Shown here: in pieces, positions 23,981 through 35,854 of the stretch
Layout of the letters: every line of letters starts with the position of its first letter
Position numbering within the stretch: the stretch's first letter is position 1
Source of the DNA: Psammoneis japonica
Taxonomy: Eukaryota
Direction of reading: 5' to 3'
DNA length: 64,000 nt
Assembly (NCBI GenBank): GCA_008632985.1
Contig: QPGO01000048.1
Span: 186,001-250,000 of the forward strand
Program-made: the position numbers and the translations under genes
Notes under the pieces: model-generated
Told to the model about the DNA's origin: nothing
Databases searched by the model: none
Seen by the model: the letters and a program-made list of their open reading frames with translations, nothing else

Positions 23981-26900
23981 TCAACCCCGTCGCTTTCTCT
24001 TTGACTTTTTCGTAACTGCTCTGGCCGCCTTCCTCTGTCTCGCTGAAGTGAATGTTTTACGAGTAGGCTTGCCTTTTGGGATGCCGTCTTTTTCCGCTCC
24101 AGTGCCGAGAGACGACAGCACGCCGAATAGCTTACGGCGAGACTCTCTCACGCTGGGAACAGCCGGTCGATCGCCGTCGATCTCCCACACGCTATCATAA
24201 TCCCAAATTGCAATTTCTGTCCGCTTGACAATCAAAGGCAAGGTTGCTGTGGGACCTTGAGATTCCATAAAGTTGAGTCTCACCGTAACCTCGTTCGGTG
24301 CCAAGTCATCGTTGCTCCCTCCCGGGCTCAATACTACCTCGGCCATTTCCCCAGCCCATTCACTGTTTGCAAGAATGACCACAGATTCTCCGTCGCGAAA
24401 TTCATAAGCATCAGGCGCTCTCTTAGCCCACGTTCACGCAACAAATCCTCGTCGCTTTTGACTTTCTTCTTCACTATTCGAAGCTCCTCGAGAGTTTCGC
24501 CCACAAGATCAACAGATTCTTTTCCTTCTTCGGATTTCAATTTCTGAAAAATGCCTTCCAGTCGATTTTCCAACGCAGAGAACTGTCGACTATAGGCCTC
24601 GGCGAGCAAAAGCATGGCTTCCTGGCTTTTCTTAGTGTCATTGAGAACTTTCTCTACAGAAAGTCTTGCTTCCAATGCACATTGTTCCTGCAACTGTATC
24701 GATTGGTACAGAGCGGCCATTCGATCTTCGCGCCCTTTATCACCCTCCAAAGTGTTGGCGTTCAGCAAATCGGAAGCTCGTAACAAAACATCGTCTGGCA
24801 GTTTTGGATCACATCTGTGCGCAGCTGCCAATGCGAATGAATCTCCGACCAAGCCATACTCAAGGCGATACGTAGGAATCAAAAAGGTCTCTTCATTTGA
24901 AACTTCCTGCTTTAGAAGGACGGTGGCGCAGTCGAACTGAGAGTTTTCTAAAGAAAGAGCCTTGAGTTCAGGAGAGTGTGTAGTCGCAACTATCCCACAT
25001 TTTGAAGAGTCAAGAAGTCTCTCCAAAACAGCCTGGGCAATGGCGGAGCCTGCCCTTGGATCAGTACCCCCACCAAGTTCATCCATTAGAACCAACGACG
25101 ACTCCGTAGTAGTTTGTGCGTTTTCAAAATCTTTGATCACGGACGCATACGCTTTCAGTCGGGCCATCAAAGTTGATTCGCCTTTCATTACGTTCTGCTT
25201 GTCTCCGAAGTCAACAACGATATTTTCAACGAAATCTATGCGTGGTTTCTTATTTGTCGTCGATGGAATGGGAAGCCCGAGCTTGCACAGGATGCATACA
25301 AGCCCAAATGCCTTGAGCGCAACAGATTTGCCCCCGCCATTCGGCCCTGATATGATGAGAGCGCGAGACCCTCGATCACCAAGCAGATAAAGGTCGATCG
25401 GAACGACCGAAGCAGAACCACGAGAAGACTCGGCAAGAATCGGATGGACAAAATTCTCCACTTCGATTTTTCCCTTAAGCCCTACGTATGGGATGACTGC
25501 TTTCAACTTGTCGCCCCACGCAGCCTTTGCAAAGATCACATCAAGACGAGCCATCAATTGCATCCCGTCGTCAATCGCCTCAGAAGTCCGTTTGATTGAT
25601 TTAATCAGGCGCTGTTCGATTTCATCTTCAAAAGTAAGCAACTTTTGTCGGACGCTTTCCAACTTATTCCCCACCAACACAATCTTATGAGGTTCCACAT
25701 AGCAACGCCCCCCAGAAAAGCCTCGAACAATACCTAGATCGGACGAACTTGCTACACTTTTAGGAACAGACAATACCTTTCTGTGCAAGGTTGAGCAACA
25801 ATACGTAAAAAACACATTTTCAGAGCATCAAGATCACGTGAACACACCTTCCTTCGAAGTCAATCACTTCGTTACTGCCTTTCAATTTGCGTAGTTCAAT
25901 CAACAACGCCATTTCTATTTGTTTCGTCAGTTCCATTTCCTGTCTGTGAAGCACTTCTACTTCAGGGAACTTATCTGACCGCAACCGAAAACCGTAGCTC
26001 TGCAAGGAAAAAGGGGAAATCACCGTGAGTGAGTCGTCTGATAAATCTTTGATAAGGAAGCTTATAATGATTCGAAAGCGTTGGCCGACTCACTCTCTTT
26101 CCCGTTGGATCCAAAGACGAACGACCGCGAACTACTCCAACTGTTCCCTCGATAACACGGTGAAGAGCGAGAAGCTGTTCTCGAGAAATTTTGCTACCAA
26201 TCTCGGACAATGCGGGCAACCGTGTTCTGGTCGAGACGTCGTCGGCCCATTTCCGCACCTGCAGCATAGAATCAACACTGAAAGAGAAGCAGCTCATGTA
26301 TTAGTATTTGGGATTCGACTTCAATGTACCGGTATCGAGAGAGAGCCTCGACAAACTCACACTCGGTCGGCTTGCAAAACAAATTCCAATGACCATTCAT
26401 CGAGAGGCAACGAAAGCCACTCATCGTAGTCTGTGTCTACTACATTGGTATCCCACGGAGACGAGTCTGAACCATACAGAGGTGGATATGATAGTCCGTT
26501 TCCTTTATCTAAAGCGAGCAGAGCTTGCTCCGTCAATTCATATTCCTTCTGCGCTTCCGATGGGGAAGTTGCCACTGAAAGAAGCTTCAAAATATGTTTG
26601 TTACGTTGAACGCTTTCTTCCGTCTTTGCTGAAGAGCTGGTATTGTCCAAGTTTATAGAAGAGTTTATTCTTTGCCTTCGACGTGAAAGATACTCATTCT
26701 TTCGAACTTTTGCACTGGATTTCCCAACCAACAGGTTTAGAAATGCCTGTCTTCCTCTACGTGTGCCACAATGACTTGCCACGTTATGGACCAAAGGATC
26801 AAGATCCAAAGATTCTATTAGATCACTTGATAAAGTTTCACGTTTTCCTTTCTTGACGCCTTCGGGAGCTTCGTTGGCGTCGCCCGTCCATTCTGCACGT

Positions 26901-27019
26901 GATTGCGAAGTACGACGGTTGTCGAAACGCTGTTGAACGAGACCCCAGCTTTGATGCTTCCGTGATGTCAAGATTGTTAGCCACAGACTTAGAACGAATC
27001 TCGTAAGGGACATTGACAT
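23981..27019 (-). CDS. MutS2-like ATPase, probably organelle-targeted, multi-exon
   Basis: Walker A IISGPNGGGKSVALK, ESTLMARL, Walker B LMDELGGGTDPRAGSAIA, ATTHSPELK, PTYRLEYG..GDSFAL. N-terminal SLDLDPL..VASHCGTRRG. Introns near 26300-26360, 26000-26090 and 25780-25850; one frameshift near 24420. Confidence 0.87.
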
Positions 27020-27383
27020 GAAGGTTTTTATCTGTTTCAGCTCCCGATTTTTCAACCATGCCCATGGCGTTGCGTTCCTTTGGTCGGCGTGCTTTTGAAT
27101 CACTCGTTGTGACGTGTGATACTGGGAAACAGTGAAATTCTACGCGTAACAGCACAATGCCTGACTGAGTCACTACCGGAGCTACTGACTCATTACAATT
27201 ACAAGTACGAGTAGGGCGTTTTTCTTTTGCGTTGCGGCTGTGGGGATTCTGCGGGATGTGCGGATAGACTAAATTGTCTAAATGAAACTGTACTGTAGAT
27301 AGATTCACTGGAAATTAGAAAAGTCGCAGGCCTGTCACAAGACACCACGCCGCTTAAAGAATCGACTGATTACGAGTCGTTCT

Positions 27384-28967
27384 CTAAAACTTGAACTTGC
27401 CCAGGTCTTCTTCGTCATCATCACCTTGTTTTCTTGTCTTTACTTTTTCGTTGGAAGGAATAGCTTTCGATAACACACTTTCTGCACCTTCTGGTGCTGC
27501 TGCAGCATTGGTGCCAATGTCATAAGCCACATCGGAAGCAAATACTGCTCCCTCTTGTTCATCAGCTTGTTTCTGTTGAAGGACGGTGTAGAGTTGCTTC
27601 GGACCGGCATTCAGAGGTGTTTCATCGCCAGCCTGCTTGCGCAAATCTAATCCAGCTGTTGGAGGTTGCATGGTAGGCGGTGCGACATCATTCTTGGCTT
27701 CGACCTCCTTCTCTTCCTCGTCCTCTGACTCCATTTCTTCATCGCTCGACTCTTCCTCGCTTGACTCCTCGCCGCCCTCCTCTTCCTCATCTGCATAATC
27801 TCCAGTCGGGAGCGAACCCCAGGCCGCTTTGCCAATTGTCTTACCATCACTCGTAACCAATCCTCCTTCATGGAAGGGATCTAGGTCCTCACCTCCACCT
27901 GGCTTTGCAAAAGGATTGCCACCGTAAAGAGGCCGACCAAAACCGTCAACGGGAGGCTTTCCCCATCCGCCCGTATGGTACCCATACTGACAAGTTTCAT
28001 CCGGTAGAGGAGCATTCAAACCAGGTATCTTAAGGGCAGGATAGCTAGGCGGTGGCCCATACCGTTGCATATTGACGAGCCACGGTGGAGGTGCATTATC
28101 CGACACCATTCCCAGTGCTTCTCGCAACGCAGCACTGAGTGGAGCACCAGCTTTGAATTTAGTATGAGTCTCAAACTCTTTTCCTTCGTAGTACAAATCC
28201 CCAAACGAAGTGAGATTGTCCGGCTTCGTTTGATACTTAAAGAATGCATCGTGTAGTGTGCGATAATCAACGTCGATTCCTCCCATTTTTGGCGCCACCC
28301 GCGAACGATTCCTTTGCTTTGCTGACATTTTCGACTCGTCCTCTGCCAGTGTATCGCGGATTTCTGTGATGCCAGTCTTGACAATGAAATCTGGAAGCTG
28401 AAAAGGTGGCTTTTCAATTCCCCTCTTGCCTTGAAGGTACTTTCGTTTCCTACCCCAATGCCTTGGAACAGCAACCGTTCCTGCAACACCCTTGAGATGA
28501 ATTAAAAAGTCGGGATCTGGAGCCGTCACATCATGAGCCTCAACTAGATCTGGCCTTTTGACTCTCCGCTTTAATTCAGCGACAGAAGGACGCGATAATT
28601 CTCGAAGTTTCCGCTTGCTAAGTTCCTTACGCTCACTCTCCTCGTTGTCTTCGTCGCCATCATCTTCCACAACTTGTTCTGGCGACCGATTCCTTTCGTC
28701 ATCTGTTACAACTGCAGCTCTCTGCTGAAACCGCTTCAGCACAGACGCCATGCTTTCCTGCTCCGTCTCGTTCCCTCCGACCATGCTTTCCGAGGGCAAG
28801 ATCGCTGTTTCAGCCACGTACTCTACTTCTACCTCTTCATCCTCTGGTTCTTCAGCGAGCTTTTGCTTCTTTAGCGCTTGTTCCTCTTCGAGCTTTCTCT
28901 GCTCTTCGCGCTCACGCTTCTTCCGCTCTCTTTTGCGTCTATTCTTTTCCGCTGTGGTCAACGCCAT
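27384..28967 (-). CDS. SF3B2: Splicing factor 3B subunit 2 (SAP145/Cus1)
   Basis: DUF382 VPRHWGRKRKYLQGKRGIEKPPFQLPDFI, GDLYYEGKEFE; PSP domain PPPWLVNMQRYGPPPSYPALKIPGLNAP; C-terminal FKF. Confidence 0.96.
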   Translation of the reverse strand: MALTTAEKNRRKRERKKREREEQRKLEEEQALKKQKLAEEPEDEEVEVEYVAETAILPSESMVGGNETEQESMASVLKRFQQRAAVVTDDERNRSPEQVVEDDGDEDNEESERKELSKRKLRELSRPSVAELKRRVKRPDLVEAHDVTAPDPDFLIHLKGVAGTVAVPRHWGRKRKYLQGKRGIEKPPFQLPDFIVKTGITEIRDTLAEDESKMSAKQRNRSRVAPKMGGIDVDYRTLHDAFFKYQTKPDNLTSFGDLYYEGKEFETHTKFKAGAPLSAALREALGMVSDNAPPPWLVNMQRYGPPPSYPALKIPGLNAPLPDETCQYGYHTGGWGKPPVDGFGRPLYGGNPFAKPGGGEDLDPFHEGGLVTSDGKTIGKAAWGSLPTGDYADEEEEGGEESSEEESSDEEMESEDEEEKEVEAKNDVAPPTMQPPTAGLDLRKQAGDETPLNAGPKQLYTVLQQKQADEQEGAVFASDVAYDIGTNAAAAPEGAESVLSKAIPSNEKVKTRKQGDDDEEDLGKFKF

Positions 28968-29264
28968 GTTGCCACTTTTCTAGAAAACGTTATAGCAATG
29001 TTTCGATAAGGGCTGATGTGATACAGTATTGTTGCCTTGCTGTTGGTGCTGTTTCCTGTGTTGTGGCGGTGTTGGAGTGTCGCCAGACGCCACTGTGTGT
29101 GGGCTGTGGGTGTGTTTCGCACGTACGACGTACGCACCATACATTCTCTCGTACTGGCTGTACCGTACCGTAGGCAGGTACAAGTACGGTACACACGGGC
29201 GGTACGCGCGCGGTACCAAGGATTTGCGCGGTACGGTATCGTTCGACAAAAAACAGCAGCGACC

Positions 29265-30617
29265 ATGACGAAGCTAGAGCGGCGCCCGTTGTCGCCTTCA
29301 TCGGCCTGGCTTGCCGCGTTTTTACCAGCACTGTCATATTTCATAGCTACTCGCTCAAATATGACGCACCTCTGGGGCCGATCCGCCTCCTTGGGCGTCG
29401 CGACTGTCGTTGACATTGATGGCGACTGCTCTCAGCTTAAAGACGTCTTCTTCACTGAATGCACAGAGTCTGGGACTAGGTTGAAGCACCCCCTGTATCT
29501 CGTACAAAAAGAGGGGCTAAAAGGTGTAGTTTCTACCATTTGGAGGCACGATTCAGAGCTGGGACGGGGTTACCTTTTGCTGTCACAAAATAACGAGAAT
29601 GGCAGGATATGGCGGTGGGAAGTAGGAGGCGGTCCAATCCCAATAGGCAAAACCTTACACATGGATCCTTCTGGGTGCCGATCCAACCATTATCTCTCTT
29701 GTGGACGAGGCTCTGGAAATGCCGGTAGTGCGGGCCTCGCTGTGGACTTTTTAGATCAAGAACAAGCTGCTGAGGGGCGCCTAGTAGTGGTAGAACTGGG
29801 AGAAGGCAGGATCGTAAGGATGGAAGAATCCGGAGCTCGCACGCCATTAATAGTTCAAATTCCAAGTCTTTGCAAAGATGATGATTCTCCGAAACGCTTG
29901 CAGCAGCCTGGACAATTATTTTTTTCGCCATTTGGTGATCTCTTGTTTACGGACAATCAGGAAGATTGCGGAGGAGGAATCCTTCGGCTGCGAAATGCCA
30001 TGCACATTAAGCCAATCGCATCTCTCACAGCAAGTCGGGAGGCACACTTTTGGAACTCGACGTTAAATCACGATGAGCATGTCGAGGTCATTTTCCAAGA
30101 TGGAATCGATCGGATCTGTGGGGTTGCTCTCGACAAGACTTGGACGGGAATTTTCGCAGCTGTGGTTCGCGATCAAAGTTTTCAACTTTTGTATCTCCCT
30201 CTTGGCAATACCGATGATGCAGATGGGGACGGTGAAGGCGACGAACAGTCTGCCTCTAAGGACTCCACGGTTGAGAAGACAAAGTCTCGAATACTAGACG
30301 GCACTGCTCGTGTGCTGCACAATTTTGGCAAGTATCCGCATAATCTCTACGAAAACGTTCAAACTGGGGCACTTGCTGTTGATCGGTTAGGTCGTATCTT
30401 TGTGACTGTTCACGATGGTGTTCATGTGCTGGACCGTCAAGGGAACATGCTGGGTAGCATTCCAATGCACAAACCTCCAACGAGTCTCACTCTGGGCGAA
30501 GATGGCTTTCTCTATGTTTCAACACGGAACGAACTATTTCGAATGAAAGTCAAGGCTGGACCGTTCAAAGTTCCCACTAACCTGGTGCTGAAATCTAGTA
30601 GTTACTCTAGTTCCTAA
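29265..30617 (+). CDS. SMP-30/gluconolactonase-like beta-propeller protein
   Basis: Long ORF with propeller-like blades (GSAGLAVD, GRLVVVELGEGRIVRME, GDLLFTD, GALAVDRLGRIFVT..GVHVLD..GNMLGSI, LTLGEDGFLYVS). Start taken at the first ATG. Confidence 0.7.
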   Translation: MTKLERRPLSPSSAWLAAFLPALSYFIATRSNMTHLWGRSASLGVATVVDIDGDCSQLKDVFFTECTESGTRLKHPLYLVQKEGLKGVVSTIWRHDSELGRGYLLLSQNNENGRIWRWEVGGGPIPIGKTLHMDPSGCRSNHYLSCGRGSGNAGSAGLAVDFLDQEQAAEGRLVVVELGEGRIVRMEESGARTPLIVQIPSLCKDDDSPKRLQQPGQLFFSPFGDLLFTDNQEDCGGGILRLRNAMHIKPIASLTASREAHFWNSTLNHDEHVEVIFQDGIDRICGVALDKTWTGIFAAVVRDQSFQLLYLPLGNTDDADGDGEGDEQSASKDSTVEKTKSRILDGTARVLHNFGKYPHNLYENVQTGALAVDRLGRIFVTVHDGVHVLDRQGNMLGSIPMHKPPTSLTLGEDGFLYVSTRNELFRMKVKAGPFKVPTNLVLKSSSYSSS

Positions 30618-30686
30618 GTGCTTAAATGTTTTGGAAGGAACCACAGATAAATATCTAGTGCCGCTTTGCAATTTGTTGAAATCCTC

Positions 30687-31568
30687 TCAATGCGAGTTCT
30701 CGACAGGCAGAATAGACTGTCTGCAATAAGGGCAAAAGTCATTTTGAGAAAGCCATTGGTCAACACACTCTTTGTGAAAGCAGTGTTCACAGGGTAGCCG
30801 ACTCAAGCATTCTGCTTCTTCATAGGCACATTGACAGACAAGGCATTTAACACTCGAATCGTTTTCGTCCTTGCCCTTTACTTTCAAGGGGTCAAAAGAA
30901 TACGTTGGGAGTTTCGAAATATGATTGGCAGCGACTAGTGCCCAGCGTTCCTTTTTCACGTCACCAATGGTTTCTCCAAGACGAAGCATAGCGTCGTAAG
31001 AGAGCTCCCCTTCAGCAGCATCGACTTCTTCATCAAGGACATCGGCTTCCTCTTCAGCCATGACAGCTTGTAGCGCAGCCAGATCTTCAGGAGAATACAT
31101 TTCCTGGTTGTATCTTAAATGATCAGCGCTCAGTGCGTAACTTTCCATAGCTTCTTGTGCCATGAGCATCCTGGCAAGAGCTATGGATTCTTCTTCTTCG
31201 TTCATCTGTCTCTGACTTTCACCATCACCAATGGAATGATTCTCTAACGTGCCAGATTCTCCTCTTGCATCAATAGCGTCATTGGGACGAAGCGATGTGA
31301 CGCCAGTCCCGGCAGACTGCGTCGGTGGTGTAGGCGACGAGGTTGCGGTCAAAGACATTTCGTCAATAGATAGGGAGGTTACCACGTCACCTGATTCTCT
31401 CTCTGGTGCATAACAAGGCTCTGGTGGAGGTGACGCAGATCGAGGACTACGTACGAGAGGAGGGGACTCGGACCTAACGTCATGTCTCGGGTCTTTCGGT
31501 TTATCGCCAGGTGTAATGAAACACTGATTCTTCGTAACCATTACACGGATTTCAGCCTCTGGAGACAT
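30687..31568 (-). CDS. RING-H2 finger protein (putative E3 ubiquitin ligase)
   Basis: C-terminal CLVC...LPCEHCFHKECVDQWL...CPYCR preceded by LSYDAMLRLGETIGDV. Confidence 0.88.
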   Translation of the reverse strand: MSPEAEIRVMVTKNQCFITPGDKPKDPRHDVRSESPPLVRSPRSASPPPEPCYAPERESGDVVTSLSIDEMSLTATSSPTPPTQSAGTGVTSLRPNDAIDARGESGTLENHSIGDGESQRQMNEEEESIALARMLMAQEAMESYALSADHLRYNQEMYSPEDLAALQAVMAEEEADVLDEEVDAAEGELSYDAMLRLGETIGDVKKERWALVAANHISKLPTYSFDPLKVKGKDENDSSVKCLVCQCAYEEAECLSRLPCEHCFHKECVDQWLSQNDFCPYCRQSILPVENSH

Positions 31569-31888
31569 TTCTTGTGATTTTATTGTGAGGCGCTAGGCGG
31601 CTTTGCAACGAGGCTAAAGAGCAGAGACTTTGTGGCTTGATCGCTTTGGGCTTCGGTGTGGTTTCAAGAGAATGTTCGTGAGATGTTTGTCGTCGCTGAT
31701 TATCGACTTCATTCACGATCTGTCAGGTACCGGTAATACGTTGCAACATACGAAAAAAGTACGTCAGTACATGTGTGCGCAGAAGCGTGTAGAAATGTTA
31801 ACGGCTAGGTAAAATGCGCCACCACCATAAGTTTCAGTCGCGCCTAAAACGGGATCCGACGACGACTCATCTTGGCTGGACGACTCAT

Positions 31889-31990
31889 TCTCATTTTTTT
31901 GGCGGAGGTCCTTACCAAATGCTACTCTAGCTAGATTAGTAGCAGCTAGGAGCTCATAATTTTTTTGGCGGAGGTCATTACCCAATGCCT
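31889..31990 (+). repeat. Short imperfect direct repeat containing TTTTTTGGCGGAGGTC (E2F-like core)
   Basis: ttttttggcggaggtccttacc (~31895) and ttttttggcggaggtcattacc (~31960), separated by CTAG-rich filler. Confidence 0.6.
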
Positions 31991-32327
31991 AGCTAGAGCA
32001 TTGAAAGAGAGAGAGAGCTCAATGCCAGACTAGCTCGCGACGAGGCCAAAGGTTCCATGTACGTCAGTGTTTTCTAAGCAACTCATGGATCTTTATAGAA
32101 GTGGTAGTTGATTAAGATAGAAAGAAAGTGTACGAGATCGGTCCAGCCAATCTAAAGTTCTCAATTGGTCTTCACTGTAAGTTTAATGGCAGCAAAGATA
32201 TGTGCATTTTGTCACAAACAATATTCAACCTTGAACTGAACAGTAAGCTTTCAACATTTGAGTATGAAAGGTCAGAATACGTCTACCTACAGGCAAGATA
32301 TGCGATACAGAGACCCGGCGAGCAATC

Positions 32328-32942
32328 TCAAGAAAAAGCCCTGTTCAGCAGAAGCGTGGCGAATTCTTCGTCAGTCACGCTTTCTAAGCGACACGGCCAA
32401 TCTAAATATGGTATGAGAGCGATTGCCAAAAGATGCTTGCAAAGTGCCTTTGGGTCGTGTTTGGCCTTTTCAAAAAAAGATCGGCAAGAACAATAGCATT
32501 TTCCATCGATCGAAGAGATACTGGATCCCGACGACGGAAACAGACAAAAGTAGTATCCACCCGATCCGGTTCCTCGTGCGCTTGAGGAGGAAACGCCCTT
32601 TACAAGGAACGCTATTCTTTTTGATGGATTTGCACAAATCTGGTGGATGCCGTCCTGCATCTCCAAAACAGCGAGCACGGAGTCCATGAATTGCCCTCCA
32701 AACAAAAAATCCGAGACCCTGAGGACACGCTCCCGTTTGCCCTCCAAGCAATTTGAGCGCCTCACGCCATTTTGCTGTACCGAAACTCGACCCTCCAAAT
32801 TTCTATTTTGTGCATTGCCAACAATCCCAGAGTCCCGGTCCGTGGCATTGAGGGCATTGTCTGGTTCTGCGGCAAGTGACGACAACAGCTCGTCCAACAA
32901 CAGGAGTGGGTGGAGCGCCGACTGGATGGGCTGCGGTACCAT
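32328..32942 (-). CDS. SWIM zinc-finger protein, ZSWIM7/Sws1-like
   Basis: CxC...CxH SWIM motif YCSCRSFF...ALCKHLLAI, preceded by PSKRIAFLVKG. Small size fits Shu-complex Sws1. Confidence 0.75.
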   Translation of the reverse strand: MVPQPIQSALHPLLLLDELLSSLAAEPDNALNATDRDSGIVGNAQNRNLEGRVSVQQNGVRRSNCLEGKRERVLRVSDFLFGGQFMDSVLAVLEMQDGIHQICANPSKRIAFLVKGVSSSSARGTGSGGYYFCLFPSSGSSISSIDGKCYCSCRSFFEKAKHDPKALCKHLLAIALIPYLDWPCRLESVTDEEFATLLLNRAFS

Positions 32943-33339
32943 GGTTTTTCTATCTTTTTTTCTTTTTTGCACCTTAAGCTTACACCAAGTAAAACATTGA
33001 TAACGACTTCAGACCCACTCGGTTCCTTTGATGATTTCTGCTGACTTCAAAAGATAGGCTTTAGAAGAAAAGGATTGGAAATGGAAGTGCTGGTTTTTGC
33101 TCGTTTCTCAACCAGGATCTCCGACGAATAGATAGGAACACAGAAAATTCAGCTCCTCTTTTCTTCTCTCTCCTGGATGGGCTACTAACTTGGACCCGTT
33201 TATCGGTTACTGATTGCTGATTGCTTGCTTAGCCGGTTGCTGGCATGTCGACGGTGCGGTGATTGATGACTGATGCTGAACGCACGGTGGTACGGCCGGT
33301 AGGTTGCGACCGACGGAAAGACGGAGAGGAATGAAGCGG

Positions 33340-33845
33340 ACTAATAATGCTACCGTACTGGTAACTCTCTCTACTAGAGAGTACCCTAGCTCTAGAGAGA
33401 GTAGCTACTCTCTCTCTACTCTAGCTCTAGAGCTAGCTAGAGAGACTACCGGTACCGACCGATCGACGCACGGATGCGATTGATGATTGAATGATGATCG
33501 ATCGTCGCGATCGCGATCAACAAGCCTATAGTCTCTACTTGTAGTCTCTACTGTAGCTACTCTAGGTGCAACTCACAACATACCGGAAGCCTCAACTACG
33601 AAGTAGCTAGAGGCCCTCTCTAGATAGAGCTCTAGAGTATGGTAGAAGGCCCTACTAGAATTATTACTTCCCACTCTTCCAGAGGCATGTAAGGCAAACT
33701 GGAAGAAGCATGGCTCTAGTAGAGCGGCTCAAGCTAATATTTAGAGAGCTAGCGAGCTACTCCACTCCAGCTTTGGAGGTCTGTCTCATACTGTAGGTGG
33801 TGCTCTCTCTCTCTCTGTAGAGAGAGGGCTAGTCTAGCACTTTTG
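33340..33845. repeat. Low-complexity island of nested short palindromes (CTAG, AGCT, TCTAGA, CGATCG, GGTACC)
   Basis: Examples: ctctagagagagtagctactctctc, ctagctctagagctagctagag, gatcgatcgtcgcgatcgcgatc. Confidence 0.75.
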
Positions 33846-34191
33846 CCAGTAAGTGAAGAAAGCTGGGACAGGCATGGCCAGAGTCAGCACCCAAGCCAGC
33901 GAAATCTACTGGACCCGATCTATCTTATTTTCAACAACGAAACACTCTCCTCTTGTTTTCTGTCTTCAACACTTTTCTTGTCTCACAAGAGCAACCTTGA
34001 TTTCCTCAGCAAACGAAATTTCGTTGGTGAATGAGACTTGGAGAAAGCGAATTTTCAACTTGAGGAATATTTTCAAGGCATCATTCACTCGAAGCCTAGG
34101 CCTAGCATAAGGAGGACATTTGTCGCTCTCGCGACATTTGATCAAAAAATGTTTACTCGCGAACTTTACATATACCCCTTCAATAATCTAA

Positions 34192-35854
34192 TTAGTATCC
34201 TGGACTATTCGGACCTTCCACTTTGGAAGGGACAGATCCCATGCATAGCTCATTATATGCACTGTCTAAGCAGCGAGCAACGTCAGCAAAGCTGACCACC
34301 AAAAGACTCTTCCCGTCTCTAGAAGAAAGTACGATCTTCTCTTCATCCGCAGCTTCAAGTTTGTTCAGTGTTGTTACAACGTGTCCCAGATCCATCACGG
34401 GTCGTCCACTACCATCTGCCTGATGGAAGACTGAGAAGTAATTGCGAACAGATAAGGCAGAATTAGAAAGCGCGAACGCGACAAACAACCAGCTCCTGCA
34501 TATGGTAACGTTCTTCGCCATTCACGCATCGACTAAAAGCGTCCAGTGCATTCTACATACCATAGTCACGAAAGAGTTTGAGAACATAGCAGTCACCAGA
34601 TTCACTCCAACGACGATTCATACCAAACTCTGGACGCTCATTCACGAACCCGAGCTTTAGTAACAAGCGGAGAGCCCTTCCCGATTCGTACTCTGCCGCA
34701 AGCGAGGAATCCAATTGATGACAAGTGGTATGACTCGCATCGAGTTCGTCAAACGCCCGACCAGCAATTACGCGACAAACTTCATGTATGGATGGCGGGT
34801 GAGCTGCCATGCTCACCAAGGAAACCGCAAGAGAATGCAGCTCGCGACTATAATTCTGCGCCATGAACGCGTCGCAACGTCGTAGAGCTTGCATGTTGGT
34901 GCTGTTTCGATGGCTCTCACTGCCCGTACACAGGGACAGAATAATGTGCCCAAGATCTCTCATGTCCTCCATCTGTAACTCCGACAGATTTTTCCTGGCT
35001 TCAAACTCCAAGGCGTCCACGATGCCGAGGCAGTTTATCTTCAGCCTCAAGCGACCTTCTCCCCACCCCCCTCCCGAGGGATTGCACAAAATGTGATTCA
35101 GGTGCAAAGTACGGCATGCTAGATTTCCGGCATGAACGCAGCGAATGGCAGAAACAAGCTGGGTTATGCAAGACCAAATGAGAGGCTCTGGCAACGGAAC
35201 ACCACCTCCAGTACTGCGATCAAAGAACCTCTCACGGAGCGAACGCGCTCCAGGAATGTACCGATGAAGGAAAAAGACAGCCCGATTGGACAAAAAACAC
35301 CGAAAGACACGAACAACGCCTGGATGGTCAACGACAGAAGCCCCAAAGCTTGCGCTCCGAGCTGTTGCCCATCGTTCTGTCACTGCCGTCGCTATCTTGT
35401 AAGAAACACTTCTTACATTGTCCAGACGTCTCAGGCAGTACAAATTTCCATCACGACCCATCGCTTTGAATACTGACGTGGGGTAACCAAAAGACGATCT
35501 AACTCCACCGCTACCGCTCTCAAGAGGGAAAACATTCGAGAAGGAGGGTGGCACAGCATTATGTTTTGGGTCTCTGGGTTCCATTTCTCTTCTGCTCTCC
35601 ACAGCAACGTCGCGGTAGTACCGCCAGAGCTCGTCAGATAGCCCGAGTGACTGAAGAGAGTGTACCTTCGGCACTGAAACATCTCCATATGGCTTTGGCA
35701 CAGAGTCGTTATGCGGAGGCCCGTGGCTTTCGTGAGGTTGAGCCTGTTGCTCGTTTGCATCGGCGGCGTGAGATTGCCCAACGTATGCGTTGCCTGGTTT
35801 CCATTCCTTCGCGTCGGTGGACAGCTGTCCCACTGCTTCCGTAATTTCGTCCAT
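34192..35854 (-). CDS. PAN3: PAN2-PAN3 deadenylase subunit PAN3 (pseudokinase plus C-terminal knob); intron 34560-34431
   Basis: GNLYCLRRL, IWSCITQLVSAIRCVH, RLLLKLGFVNERPEF, WSESGDCYVLKLFRDY|VFHQ, DLGHVVTTLNKL, EKIVLSSRDG. Confidence 0.93.
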
